A stretch of 64,000 bases of DNA, taken from NCBI GenBank assembly GCA_030390025.1, contig CM059448.1, positions 36,022,001 to 36,086,000 on the forward strand, written 5' to 3'. How positions within the stretch are numbered: the stretch's first letter is position 1; each line of letters starts with the position of its first letter. Made by a program: the position numbers and the translations under genes. The notes under the pieces are model-generated. The model ran no database searches, was not told where the DNA came from, and worked only from the letters and a program-made list of their open reading frames with translations. This document shows, piece after piece, positions 11,936 through 24,853 of the stretch. Origin of the DNA: Squalus acanthias. Its lineage: Eukaryota.

Positions 11936-13857
11936 ATAGTGAGAATTCCTGGAAGTTAAATGAGCTAATTGTGTATCCTGAATGGCCGGTTACACCATGA
12001 CTAACATAGCCACTTATCAGGATTTCTGCCCAAAGTTATTTGCCTCCCACCCCATCACCCACTACACTCCAGTGCCATCCACCATGGCGACTGGAAAATA
12101 TACTCTCTAGAGACAACACTAGAATGGTCAGTCTCATTTTAAATCCTTCCATTGAAGGACAGATTGGCAAAGATACCCAGTCATTGATATTCCTCTTTAA
12201 AAGATTAGACCTGCACACAAGAAGTTCATCATTCTGTTAAAAATCAACATGAGTGCAAATTATTCACAAGAGACTTTTAAAAAATCTAAATCTGGTTAAC
12301 AAATCCGGTGATGACCAGGTTAGCTAACCATGCTCGTCCTTCAATGGTGTCGTCTGGTTATTTCAAGTATTTAACCACATCCTTTTTTTGCATTACACAT
12401 TGTGGCATCATATTCACAGGCTCCGCCAGGCAGAAAAAAGCCAATTTACCTCAGCTCTCACACACTGTTTCACTGTTTTGAGGATGATAGCTTACAGAAC
12501 TGACTGATTTAGTTTATTCAGAAACATCACTATATCTCCAACTGTTCTAATATTTTAGAGCAAATAGTCTCAACTTTTGTACTGCTTTCTCCTTTTTCTG
12601 AGAAGCACACAATGTTCTTTGATCTAAAAAAAAACCCAAATTGGTTCATTGATTTACATTATTAATGGCCACATCCATGTAAATAACAGGGCTTCCTGTA
12701 ATTTGAATGAGCTAACTGTGTATCCGCTGTGAATGGCTCCTTATCTCTCAGCTAACAAAACCATTGGTTTGGAAACTTCTGAACTGAGTGAAACTTAACA
12801 AATATAAATGTATTTTTCTTTATGATTGGATCATGTGAATCCTGTATAGCTCCACACTTGAATAATACATGTTATTTGGATTTTGCATCTAACATTGTTA
12901 GATTGTAGATTTCACAAATATTCATCTAAAGTATTAACTTCAAAAGAATTAAGTTAAAAGGGAGTTTGCTTCAGTTCAGCTGCTTTCCACTGCTTGGTGT
13001 TGACAAAATGCTTACTTTTAAATGCAATACATATACCAATACCGAAAGGAGTACGAGAAGCCAAATCCTACACAACCTGCCTTGCCAATACCCAAGACTT
13101 TGTCGTTCAACACTAAACAACCTACTACATTTGTTCAGAAGAAATCCTTCCAAAAGGTAATGGACCCACGACAAACAGCTCACTATCTGGGCTTGCACAT
13201 GACGGTTGCTAAGATGCCAGAGAGTGAACCGAAGTGTGCAGTGTGTTGGTGAGATTACAAGGTAACAATTTCAAGAGAGGGTCAGATAACCAATTGAGAG
13301 AATAAAGCGGGAGTGGTCTAAACGGTTACCTGAACGAGAGATATGACTGTACGCTTCTAGTACCCTCATGTTTCTTACCCTTTATAACACACGAGCAGAT
13401 CTCCTGTGACGTTGCACATGGTAAGTCGGAGGATACGCTGTTTAATGAGGACAGGAGCACAATACCACTTAACATACAATTTATTATTCTGCATCTAAGG
13501 CACTGCTATGTTTAATACAGCCTGTCTCTTCAAGGCCACAAGATTCAATTGCACATTTTAAGGTCAATTGAAGAGTGGTTGTTTATCTGCAGATTAGCAG
13601 CAGCAGGAAATTATTGCTTTTTTGTTTTTTTGATTGTTTTTTTTCCTAAAAGATTGTTTTGTATTTTTAACAAGTGTGATGTCTGAAGTGTGACAGACTC
13701 AAAACCTTTCAATTGCTAGCTATATACTGTGTAGTTCAGGGAATTGCCTTTTTATTCTGCTTCAGAGAATTTTTCTCTTGGCAGGCAGCAGATATCAAAC
13801 AGGCATCAAAGGCCAAGATGCTCTGCAATCGACATCTCCACTGAAGGTTATCAACCA

Positions 13858-14300
13858 AGGAAGAATAAACTTGCATTTATATAACACCTTATCACATCTC
13901 TCAACACATCCCAAAGTCCTTTAAGTCCAACATTTTTTTGTTTGAAGCAGTCACTGTTATTACGTGAAATGCAACACTATGGTCCCACAAACAGAAAATG
14001 AGATCAATTCCAGTTAAACTGTGTTTTTTTTTTATGGTGTCCGTTGAGGAAGGACACTGGGTGAACTGCCTGCTCTTGAAATAGTGCCATTGGACAATTA
14101 ACATCCACCTGAAACATCAAAACAGGCCTGGGGCACTGGAATAGCCTCGGTTTAAGGTCTTATCCATAGGATGGCATGTCTGAAGGTGACAGTTCCTCAG
14201 TACTGCATTGGTGTGTCAGCCGAGACCACGTGCTCAAGTCCTGGTGTGGGTCTGAACTCAATATTCAGAGACGAGAATTCAGCCAACTCAGCCAAGCAGA
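13858..14300 (-). mobile_element. Degraded Deu-domain tRNA-derived SINE
   Basis: Colinear with the copy at 63380-63847. Confidence 0.7.
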
Positions 14301-14574
14301 TAGGTTTATTAAAGGACGGTCTGCAACTGATGACATTTATCCAGCTTTTAAAAGCTAGTGGGAGTGTCGCCCACTCCATCTCCCAGCAGTCAGGTCCATG
14401 GCAACATTTTCTGAGGACCTTTGAGTAGTAGGCTGCATTAGTACCAACTTGGCTGATGGAATGCTGTGTAACTTGGGGAGACTCAAAGGCACAGATAAAA
14501 TCATTTGCAAAATGCGAAGAAAAAAAAGACCACACTCACTACTCAATTCAGATGGCTACTAAATCCCAACTTAC

Positions 14575-14636
14575 CTGCCTGGAAAAGGTTGAGCTCGCAC
14601 TCCAGATAATCGAACATTTCCACTGTCAACTGAAAA
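14575..14636 (-). CDS. HIP1: HIP1 exon 7 (FQLTVEMFDYLECELNLFQA)
   Basis: 62 nt; ttttcttgtcag| acceptor, |gtaagt donor. Confidence 0.95.
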
Positions 14637-15089
14637 CTGACAAGAAAACAGAAAATGTACCAGTCAGTCAAAGGTTTTATCAGAGGCACACATACATTCT
14701 CTCAGTGCCCACTCACTACTCCCATCACATCTACGTAAAGTGGGCCTTACAAATCATCTGGGAGGAAAGCAGTTCACTTGTGCTGGCTCCCAGTCTCGGG
14801 CCATGCACGCAGACTTCACAGAGGCAATGGAGCATTGCAGTGAGGTCGGCCTGCAACAGGAGGGTCGATTGCACGGCAGAGAGTGATCCACCATCTTCCC
14901 GGATAGATCAGCAGACTTGTAAGATATAGCAGGGGCTGACAAAAGAACTCACTGAGCTGCAGCGTGGAAATGCTCACAGGGATGCTGTAATGGATAAATT
15001 GTCTGATGGTTTGTAAGCAGCAAACCCAATCTCTCCGCTTCCTTTTTATCACCTACGTAAATCTAAAGCATGGAACAATTATGGATTTA

Positions 15090-15865
15090 ATTTTTTTTAT
15101 TCGTTTTTTTTTAAATGGGATGTGGGCGTCGCTGGCAAAGCCAGCATTTATTGCCCATCCCTAATTGCCCTTGAGAAGGTGGTGGTGAGCCGCCTTCCTG
15201 AACCGCTGCAGTCCGTGTGGTGAAGGTACTCCCACAGTGCTGTTAGGGAAGGAGTTCCAGGATTTTGACCCAGTGACGATGAAGGATCGGCGATATACTT
15301 CTTAGTCAGGATGGTGTGTGACTTGGAGGGGAACTTGGAGGTGGTGGTGTTCCCATGTGCCTGCCGCCCTTGTCCTTCTAGCTGGAAGAGGTCGCGGGTT
15401 TGGGAGGTGCCGCCGAAGAAGCCTTGGCGAGTTGCTGCAGTGCATCTTGTAGATGGTACACACTGCGTCGGTGGTGGAGGGAGTGAATGTTTAAGGTGTC
15501 GATGCCGGGTGGTCCGTCCGGTTTCATTTTTATTATTGTGTTTTGTAGCGATTTGTTACAACTGAGTGGCTTGCTAGGCCATTTCAGAGGGCAGTTAAGA
15601 GTCAAACACATTGCTGTGGGTCTGGAGTCACATATAGGCCAGACCGGGTAAGGACAGCAGATTTCCTTCCCTAAAGGACATTAGTGAACCAGATGGGTTT
15701 TTACGACAATCCGATAGTTTCATGGTTACCATTACTGATACTAGCTTTTTATTCCAGATTTATTTAATTAACTGAATTTTAAATTCCCCAGCTGCCGTGG
15801 TGGGATTTGAACTCGGGTCTCTGGATCAATAGTCCAGGCCTCTGGGTTACTAGCCCAGTGACATT
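15090..15865 (-). mobile_element. tRNA-derived SINE with a ~410-bp LINE-derived 3' part
   Basis: B-box-like gagttcaaatccc on the minus strand near 15800-15815; 15090-15500 matches the 3' end of the LINE at 49850-50432. Confidence 0.75.
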
Positions 15866-18700
15866 TACTTGGTAAAAAACTAGGTGAGAGATGGTGTTAA
15901 GACATGTATAGAAGATAATAACTGGCAGAAGGGGAAAAAACATTTTTTTTTAAAAAAACATCAGCCCTGGAATTGTTTCCTACAATGGAACAAAGCTTTA
16001 GCACAGATGAGAAGCAAAGCAGCGAGATGGAGAAAAGCTGGAACAGGGCACAGGAAGTCCAATGCATCACATAAATGGAGAATAATATTAAAGGAAGACG
16101 GGTGGAGCAATGAACCAACCCAGCTCGGCACAGTTTTCATCATTTTGGTCAATCTCTCCTAGAGCACTATTTGAAACTGGATGCCGACTACAGGACGAAA
16201 AGACATGGGAGCAAACTAATAAAAGGCAAGTTTAGAATCAATGTCAGAAAGCGAGTAGTTATTGTCTGGTATGCTTTTCTGCATTGCGTGAAGGAGGCAA
16301 AAAACTCTAAAATCATTCAAGAGAGTTAGATTGTATGAGGATCTGAAGGTCTCTGTGGAAGAATAAGCTAGATGGACCAAATGGCGTCCCCGTCTCTACT
16401 TCTAAATGAAATCTTTGTGATGCCATTGACATGCAATTCCAAGTACTTCAAGAACACAGAATGCACATAAAATAGCTTTTATCATAAGATTGGCTCCTAA
16501 CAGTTCAGCAACATGTATCCTCATTACAGACAATGTACTAGTCAAAGGTCACAATCCAACCAATGGTTTTGCTCGAGATGCTGAACAGAGTGCTGGATTG
16601 CGAGTCTGTACCTGCACCTCACCACTCAGTGATCCACATTACATTGGTGCCATTGTTAGGTGTTGCCAGATAAAGGTCAGGTACTTCTTCAGCAGGAAAA
16701 GAAAGAAAACTCTCAAAGTAATAATTCTATTTTAATAAGACCTTTCCAATTGCTGTGTGAAACTGCAATGACTTTGCTCCCAACTGTAGTTTTCTTTTGA
16801 TGCAGAACAAAAAAAAAACTAGAGGGAGCAGCTCGGAAACCCAGCTTTATCATCAGTCAGGCCATGAAGTAATGCCCAGAGGCACAAAGAGCACACGAAC
16901 TATGTGTTAATGTGGAGGTAAACACCAACACAGACTGGTTGTCCTGACCTTTTGCACTTTCCCATGCCCATATCTAGAAATTACAAATCATTTGTCCAAG
17001 CTGCATCCATTAAGGTTTTGAACATTACCAAAGCCTATTCTAAGCTGATTCTGAAGAGGAATTTCTCATTTCTTGAGCCTGGCAGCCTCTGGTCCTATAT
17101 TTTGTATCTAGCAGAGAAAGCAGCCTCTATTTAACCCCCAATTGCTTAAAACTAAAGACAGCAATTTTTGTTTTGTCACAGAGAGGCCTCCAGACCATAT
17201 TATGAAATGGTAAGCTGCTGAGACTCACCTGCCATGACAGCCTGCTACATAAAGAAGCACAGTGTAATGGAACATTTATGACATGAAACCACTTCCAGTG
17301 GGGCAAAGTCTATACAAGTGTGCAATGTAAAAAAAAAAACATTGGAAAGCCACAATCTAAGCTGAATCTCTGTGCCTTATTTATATTACAGGGGTTGCTT
17401 CGGGAGGCAATGCTGTTTTATAAATGCAATGCAACAGCCCATCACAGGAGACCTCTGTGTAGAGAAGCACAGTCTGTAACGGTCTTTCACAAGCCAGCAT
17501 TATGTCAAGAGTCCTATAAATGATAATTTATCACTGTTTGTCAGTCTTGTGACTTAATACAGATTCAAGGATCTTTCAAGACAACTTTGGCCAGAATTAC
17601 ATCTCTGAGCCCTTTACCAGATATAATACACTGACTGTCATTTTATTTAAACAGGTGTTGGCTCTTTTATAGCCAGAAGCCAACTAAATTCCATTAATAA
17701 ATACTTTGGCGGCATCATTCTTTTCACACTAGTCCTGAGAGAACGCCAAGAAAGAAACCTATTTGTACATGAGTGGCTCACTCCATGGATACAGTGTGTG
17801 ACTCAGTCTCTTGCAGTGAGGTACCACACGCACCACTGCAGTGTCACTGCACAACAATTAATTGAGTCCACGGAACATTCATCATCAGGTCTTAAGGGAA
17901 GAGAATGAGCCACGGACTGGCCGTGGCTCCCTTCAATTCTGTTCTTGGATTGGCTGATACAAGGAACAGCTTTAATCCCAGTTTTTGCCCCTCCAATTTT
18001 CTCTCCTCCTCTCCTGAAGGTGCTGAGTTATGGATTCCAAGTTACCGGCAGCCTTCCAGTGCCTTGCCCAAGTGGCCATTCTGGATAGTGGGTGTTAGCA
18101 GCCTGTTCTACAAAGTGGGGGCATCACAGCCGAGCCTGAGCCTGTCCTTGCCGGACATTCACCAATGTGTATTTCCTGCAGGTGACATTGGATCAGGAGC
18201 TGACTTATCCCCTCCCTAGGGTGCAAGGATGATGTCAATTGTAGCTCCCCCCACTGCCACCCCTGGCCAACATGTGCTAAGTTAACACAGACCAGAGATT
18301 GAACACTGGATAAACGGCTCAGTTACATTAGCAGGGTAATTACCAACAAAGCCATTGGGGAGCCATTCCAGACTTCATTCCCTCTCTTTGTCTAGACGGA
18401 GCACTCTGCTGATATACAGTATTCAGTGAACAGCCTACCCAAGAACTGACAAAACTCAGCCAAAGAGGACAAGCCGAATGCAATGGAAACTCACAACCTA
18501 GTGGTAGGAATTCCATTAGAGCATAGCCTATTTAAGTGAATAGTTCATTCGCTAGCAAAATTTAGATGGGAGTTCCTCTGTTTCACAGCTGATCAAACTG
18601 CACCGATACAACTGTCATAATTTAATACATAGCGCAGGTCAGTAAACCAGGTACAGATTAAAACAGACCTAAAGCTGGAACTCAACCATAGAAATACATA

Positions 18701-19516
18701 GGGGGCGATTTTGCTAATGGGGGCGCGTTGGAGGCGGGACTGCTGCTTGTCGGATCGATGCCCCGCCTCCATCGATTTGTGGCCAACCCACGCGGTTTTC
18801 CCTTGATTGCCCAGCGGGCTTAGCAGGCCAATTAAGGGAAAGCCGGTTACAGAGAACGTCAGCGTATGAGGTTTCATCTGTCAAAAATTTTTGACAGATG
18901 ATTGTCATCGTTTGACAGCTCTGTGAAGCTGTCAAACACTGACATTCTCTGTAGTTTGATGAGTTCTTGAATTCAAGACTCATCAAACCTCTTTCTTTTG
19001 CAGAAATTAGATGGTTGTTGCATTGGAGAATGCAACGGCCATCTGTCATCTCTGCCACGGAGGTGCGAGACTCTCCGCATACCCAACTCCTGACGCCTGC
19101 AGGAAGAAACAAAGGTAAGTAAACTTTTTCTAACACTTTCCACTTACCTCACATACTCATCTCGCCACACTTGCACCCATCACTTACCTTCACAGCGCAC
19201 TTTTGCACCCCGTAGACCCCCGCAGACCCACTACTCGCCTCGGTGACCCTGGCGGGGTTCGCAGCCTTCGGGAAGCCCGCACTTGTGGGCAAAATGGGGA
19301 TAATCCTCTTATCTGCCTGTTACCTACCTGTTAACAGGCAGTTAAGTGGCTATAATCCCTTACTGCCTCCAAGGAGACGGGACCCGGCGCAGGACGGCTA
19401 CCCACCTCCTGGCAAGATGGCACGGAGGTGGGTTGGGCACCCGCCCCCAAATTCTGCCATTTTCCCGGCAGTCCCGCCTCCATACCCGCCTCCCCAGGGC
19501 TGGCAAGATCGTGCCC
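18701..19516. mobile_element. PIF/Harbinger-like non-autonomous DNA transposon (816 bp)
   Basis: TIRs gggggcgattttgc / gcaagatcgtgccc; 3-bp TSD ATA (18698-18700, 19517-19519). Confidence 0.8.
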
Positions 19517-19519
19517 ATA

Positions 19520-20620
19520 GAAGTTACAACACAGAAATAGGCCATTCAGCCCAACCAGTCCGTGTCGTCATTTACCCACCACAAGTGCAAATATTTCTAA
19601 CCACAATTACCCACCCTGTTCCCATATCCCTTCAACCCCTTTTCTTTCATCAACTACCCAATCTAGTCTTGAAGGTTGACAGTTTCTGCCTCAATCACTA
19701 ACCCGGGAACTGAATTACACTGCCTCACAACTCTCTGATAAATGTAGTTATTCGAACTTGTCAAGTCTTTCTTCGTGTTTGTATTTCCTCACACCAGGCA
19801 GCAGCCTAGTGAATCTCATTGTACCCTCTCTAAAGTCTCAATAACCTTCCTATAGTGTGGAGCTCAATACTGCGCATGCCAACTAAGGCCTTATTAAAGT
19901 TTTATATAGGCTCATCATTACCTCTTGGCTTTTATATTCTATACTTCTAGATAAAACCTAGACTTCTTTTAGCTTTTTTTCCACAGCCTCATTCACACGA
20001 ATCGCTGCTTTTAATGTTCTGTGAACTTGTACTCCCTCCCCTCCAAGTCCCTCTGGTCTTCCACAGCACTGAGCCAATTTCCATTCAGAGTATTATTACT
20101 GCTGCTATTTCTTTTTACCAGAATGCATCACCTCACACTTACTGACACTGAATTCCATCTGCCACTTTTTAGCCCATTCTTCCATCTCATCAGTATCACT
20201 TTGTAGCTTCCTTTGGTCTTCTAAAGAATTAACTATACTTCCTATTTTTGGTAACAATCACAAATTCCAACACCACAACCTCTAGGCCTATATCCAAATC
20301 ATTGATATACAGAGAACAGAAGAGGCCCCAGAATTTAACCCTGAGGGACACCACTTCCCACTTTCAACCACTGCCCTCAACTCCGACTCTCTGTTTTCTC
20401 CCTTCTAACAATTTTTAATCCAGTTTGCTATCCTCCCCCTAATTCCATACTCCTTATTCTTCTCTAATAATCTTCCATGTGGTTACTTGTCAAAGGCTTT
20501 CCTGATGTCCATATACACTACACCCACTGCATTACCCTCATCTGCCATGCCTGTTACCCTCTCAAAGAATTCTGAGGTTAGTCAAGCACGGTCAACCCTT
20601 TCAAAACCCATGCCGGTTGC
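19520..20620 (-). mobile_element. CR1 LINE fragment (degraded RT and 3' end)
   Basis: Minus strand reads VVYMDIRKAFDK and SGVPQG-like motifs; CR1 tail at the low-coordinate end. Confidence 0.85.
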
Positions 20621-21093
20621 TTCGAACAGCAGTTTCTTTTCGCTTTCATTTTGCACTGAAGCAATATAATTCATTTACTTTCTCTCAGACAAAAAGATTT
20701 CACACCTATTCCTTAGTATTCAACAAGCTTTATTTACATAAATTGCAGAATATTAATTGCTGCAGCCACTGAATTGTATCATTTCAAAGTAGCTTTAATT
20801 GGAAGATACTATCCCAGTTGCTGATTTATATCAATTCTCATGGGCTCCAGAAGACACCAACTGGAGCATGAACACTCCTTTCTGAGGGGTGAAAGGTGCT
20901 GTGGTTGTTCTCATCTTCAACGACCAAATAAAAGTCACAGTGAAGGTTAACCTTGGGGCAAATAAAGTGTGTTAAAAAGTTCCTATTTATGGTTCGGAAC
21001 TCCGAGGCAAGCAGCAGAAAGGCTTTCTTCAGCCCATGTCCAGTACCAAGCTGTGATGCAGATTTGTGATGAAAAAAAAAGGCCTCCAGCGTA

Positions 21094-21450
21094 CAGGAAA
21101 CTCTTTCGTATCCGGCACCGACGGGACCGGGATGGTGCCGGTTGATTAAAAATTCCGGATAACGGAGAGGTATATCTACCGAGGCTATTTTTAACAAACA
21201 AAAACTTAAAAAAATCAAGAAATGTGCAGTATAATTGGGTACTCCCCTACAGAATGTTGTGTTAAATGGATGGTGGAAGATGCTTGATTAAGTACAGTAA
21301 TGCCAGTTGAGGGTAATCCATAACTCTTCAATTACTTAACAGTAAAACAAAACTTATAAACGACTGTATACTGTAGTTTTCGGAGTATGAATTCTGCCGG
21401 TTATTAGAGAATTCCGGATATTTAGGTGTTGTTTAAACGAGAGTTTCCTG
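21094..21450. mobile_element. Tc1/mariner (pogo/Tigger-like) MITE
   Basis: TIRs caggaaactct / agagtttcctg with TA TSD; related to 41090-41383 in the opposite orientation. Confidence 0.85.
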
Positions 21451-22139
21451 TATATTGATGTACCGCTCAACAACTCGGGAGGGCAAGTCAGACACGTGGA
21501 AGCTCTGTTTCTTTGCCAAAGCCCTCACGAGGGCCTGCATTAAATGGATGCCGACAGGTCTGAAATACAGCGCTGAATTTGGCCATCCAGAACATCAAGG
21601 TGGCTGTCACATTGCAAGCTGCCCTGAATAGGTCCTTGCACCATGTTGAAGGCAAGTGTTTACTGTATAAGGTGATGAGGAAACTCTGAGGTTTAGCATG
21701 ACAGCTGCTGGAAGGAGCTAACTGGAGGGAAGGCATGAGAATACGCACTCACGCCTGGGGTTCAGTTCCTTGACTGGGTTGCAGAGAGGCACGCTGAAGC
21801 TCCATCCGTCTAATTAATCACCATCTAACGAGGAATGGTGTTTTTCCACGCTGTGTACAGAGGGTGGCGGATGTGACAGACATGGGCTGCATTCGGCATC
21901 GTTAATAAGCATGTCTTTTCCATTTAAACTGTGGTTAGACCAAGGCACTGAGAACTTGAAACTGGAGCCAAAGCCTGCTGCTTTCCTTTAATCTTTGCCT
22001 TAAAACCAGCAGTTGCAGCAAACATACAATTCTGTGCAGACACCCCATGTTAAATTGCGAAAAAAAACTCTCTCTTGGCTGTGAAACTCGGGATGCCCAA
22101 GCAGCTTTCCAACTACAGACAGACAAACACCACCACCAA

Positions 22140-23090
22140 TTTGCATTTTTATAGCATTTTTCACTTCATAAAATATGCCAACTCAAAAATAATTGCACAC
22201 CAAGAAATGGAGTGAGAAGGGTCAGGGATGGTAGTTGAATGTAAGACAGAAAAGGTAGGTTTTTAGGAGGCTTTTTAGGAGTGTGAGCAAGTCATAGAGC
22301 ATTCCAGAGTGCGAGGCTCAGACAGTGAAGGCTCTGCAGCTGAAAGTGCAGCAGAGAGAGGGAGGAATGGAAATGAGACCGGAGTCAGAAACATAGAGAA
22401 GGCACATAGGGCTGAATGAGATTGCAGAGGCAGGGAGGGCGGAGGTTATGGAGGTATTGTAGATTGCAGAGGCAGGGAGGGCGGAGGTTATGGAGGTATT
22501 GTAGATTGTAGAGGCAGGGAGGGCGGAGGTTATGGAGGTATTGTAGATTGCAGAGGCAGGGAGGGCGGAGGTTATGGAGGTATTGTAGATTGCAGAGGCA
22601 GGGAGGGCGGAGGTTATGGAGGTATTGTAGATTGCAGAGGCAGGGAGGGCGGAGGTTATGGAGGTATTGTAGATGAGGACAATCATTTTGAAACTGATGT
22701 GCAAAGGGAATCAAAGACATTGTGCAAATACATCGGTAAATGGGGAATGGGACTTAGTGCAGAATAGGGCGCTGACATTGGCGTTTTGGATGAGGTATTA
22801 TTTAGGAAGGGCAGAACTTGGGTGGCTGGCAAGGAGAGCTTTGGAAGAATTGAGTCTGGAGGTGACAAAGGTGTGGCGTTTCAGCGCCAATGAGGTGAGG
22901 TCGGGGTGTAGTCAAATAGACAACTGAGGAAATGACCACTGACGATAAACTGAGGGAGCTGCCAGAGGGACGGAGTCGGATGCTGAGGTGCAGAGATTTA
23001 GACGTGGCCCGAACAAGATTGCTTCGGTTTGGTTGATGTTGAATTATGGAAGTTCTCTCTCATACAAGGTCTTGGGATTGTCTAAGCAGC
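22140..23090 (-). mobile_element. Degraded L2 LINE containing an internal tandem expansion
   Basis: L2 tail (ttgcatttttatagc) and colinearity with 11000-11935. Confidence 0.7.
22419..22674. repeat. 42-bp minisatellite, 6 copies (agattgcagaggcagggagggcggaggttatggaggtattgt)
   Basis: Six near-identical units, one substitution seen. Confidence 0.95.
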
Positions 23091-24776
23091 CAGACATGTT
23101 TACAAAGAATGTCACCAAGAGGAAGTATACAGGCAAGGAATGGAAGGAGGCCGTGGATGAAGCTTTCGGACACACCAGATAGGACGTGGCAGGAGAGAGA
23201 GGAGCAACCATTATCGGAGATGTGTTAGCTGTATTGGGGCAGATAGGACTAAAACCAAGGACAATTATTAACGAACAAACCAATTTATTTTACATGAAAT
23301 ATATGAATGAACAGAATGTTTTCAGTGAGATTCAATTAATTTTGTGCCACTTCTCTCACCATAAATTAACACAATCCTGCCACTTTTAGAGGATAAACTC
23401 ACTTGCAAGTTAGCGGTCCTTGAGTTAACTTCCTCTGTTACAGGCTGGACACATTCATTCCTCAGCTCAGAGTTTCTCAATCTCTCTGATTAAAATATCA
23501 GGGCCTCCCACTGCCTCAGGGGCCCTCCAGAGGGAGAGAAAGAAAACAAAGACTGTCGTCCATCACTCCTGGGTATCCAGCTTTGGTCTCCGAGGAACCA
23601 AAGTTACCAACTTGAATGAAAAGCTGCCCCCTTGGTGTGGAAACTTGTGGCACCTGTATGAATATCCAGCTAAGCTGACCTACCAGATGTATTGAATACT
23701 ATCATGATGGCATCGAATATCTAGGACCATGCGTTAGCAAACTACTTTGTGTCAAAGCTAATATATGCCAAAGTAAACAGACCGATATCTATAATGGCTG
23801 GTAATCCACCCAGGAACTATCCTTATGAAAAACCTAAATGGCTGGCATATCTCTGGGAGTTAACAATTTGTAAGCTGATCTAGTCTTACATCAATAATAT
23901 TACATGAAATAAAATTAAATCCCTTCCAGACCATATAGGTAGAAGTCCCAAAATGTCTGCGTCCCTACAGGGAGAAACTGTGTACTCCATACTGGGCAAA
24001 CATAATCTCAACCAACGTGGATTTCTCAGCAGACTGATTTAGAGTCCCTTAAGCGTGGCAACATTCAGCTGGTCAAAAAAATGGCAATGTATTAATTTAA
24101 GTTGGTCAACCAATTCACTTAAAAGAATTTGGAAAACTTAATAAGGAGTCATGAGAAAAAGATCTGTGCACTGAGATTTCATTTACTTTAGCAGATTATT
24201 CACTTATCAGGATAGTCACTGGTTTTCATTTAGATGGGAAAATAAAAAATGAACAGAATGCAATCCTCAAAACATCAAGTACATCTCAGAATTCTGTGCA
24301 ATTTAAATGGAATTTGATTTAGTCACCATAGATCAGCAGCCCTGATTATAGGGAACAGCAGTCACTTAATATCTTCAACCAAGCTTTTCTGTTTTCACTG
24401 AAAAATAGATGGAATCCTGGAACTTGAGCCCCAGAACATCAAGTAAAAGTTCCGTAATGCCAGGCAATAAAAATAATTTGATTCTTTCAGTCACCATAAA
24501 GCAATGTCTCTGCTCATTACTTAAATGGACTCCACTGTTTGAAATGTGCAACTGGCCAAACCTGCAGCAATCCATTTACCAACAGGATAAAACCTTCAGG
24601 ACTTCACGATGAGGGAAAACACCTCACAGAAGGGGTCAGTGGAAGTAACTGAGGGAGCACTGGATTCTGAACTTATTTCACAGCAAATCTCTCAAGGGAC
24701 AAAGAAGACATACAATAAACTATGTCTGCCTGTTTCATCAGCCCTATTTAAAATTAAATTTAACTGCACTACTTAC

Positions 24777-24853
24777 AAATTATTTACATCATTTTCTCCC
24801 GTCTCCTCTAGTTGTCTGTCTGTCATCTGGAGATTTCCTGGAAATCTGGGATT
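24777..24853 (-). CDS. HIP1: HIP1 exon 6 (NPRFPGNLQMTDRQLEETGENDVNN(F))
   Basis: 77 nt; tgtag| acceptor, |gtaagt donor; not shown in the ORF track. Confidence 0.95.

Noticed and set aside
12960-13460. Short ORFs with TATA/CRE-like motifs (possible LTR or small gene)
   Set aside because: No recognisable homology, no paired LTR or TSD, and no convincing exon structure
22318-22720. Repetitive ORFs (IYNTSITSALPASA)n and (LQYLHNLRPPCLCN)n
   Set aside because: Translations of the 42-bp minisatellite inside a decayed L2; no splice or coding support
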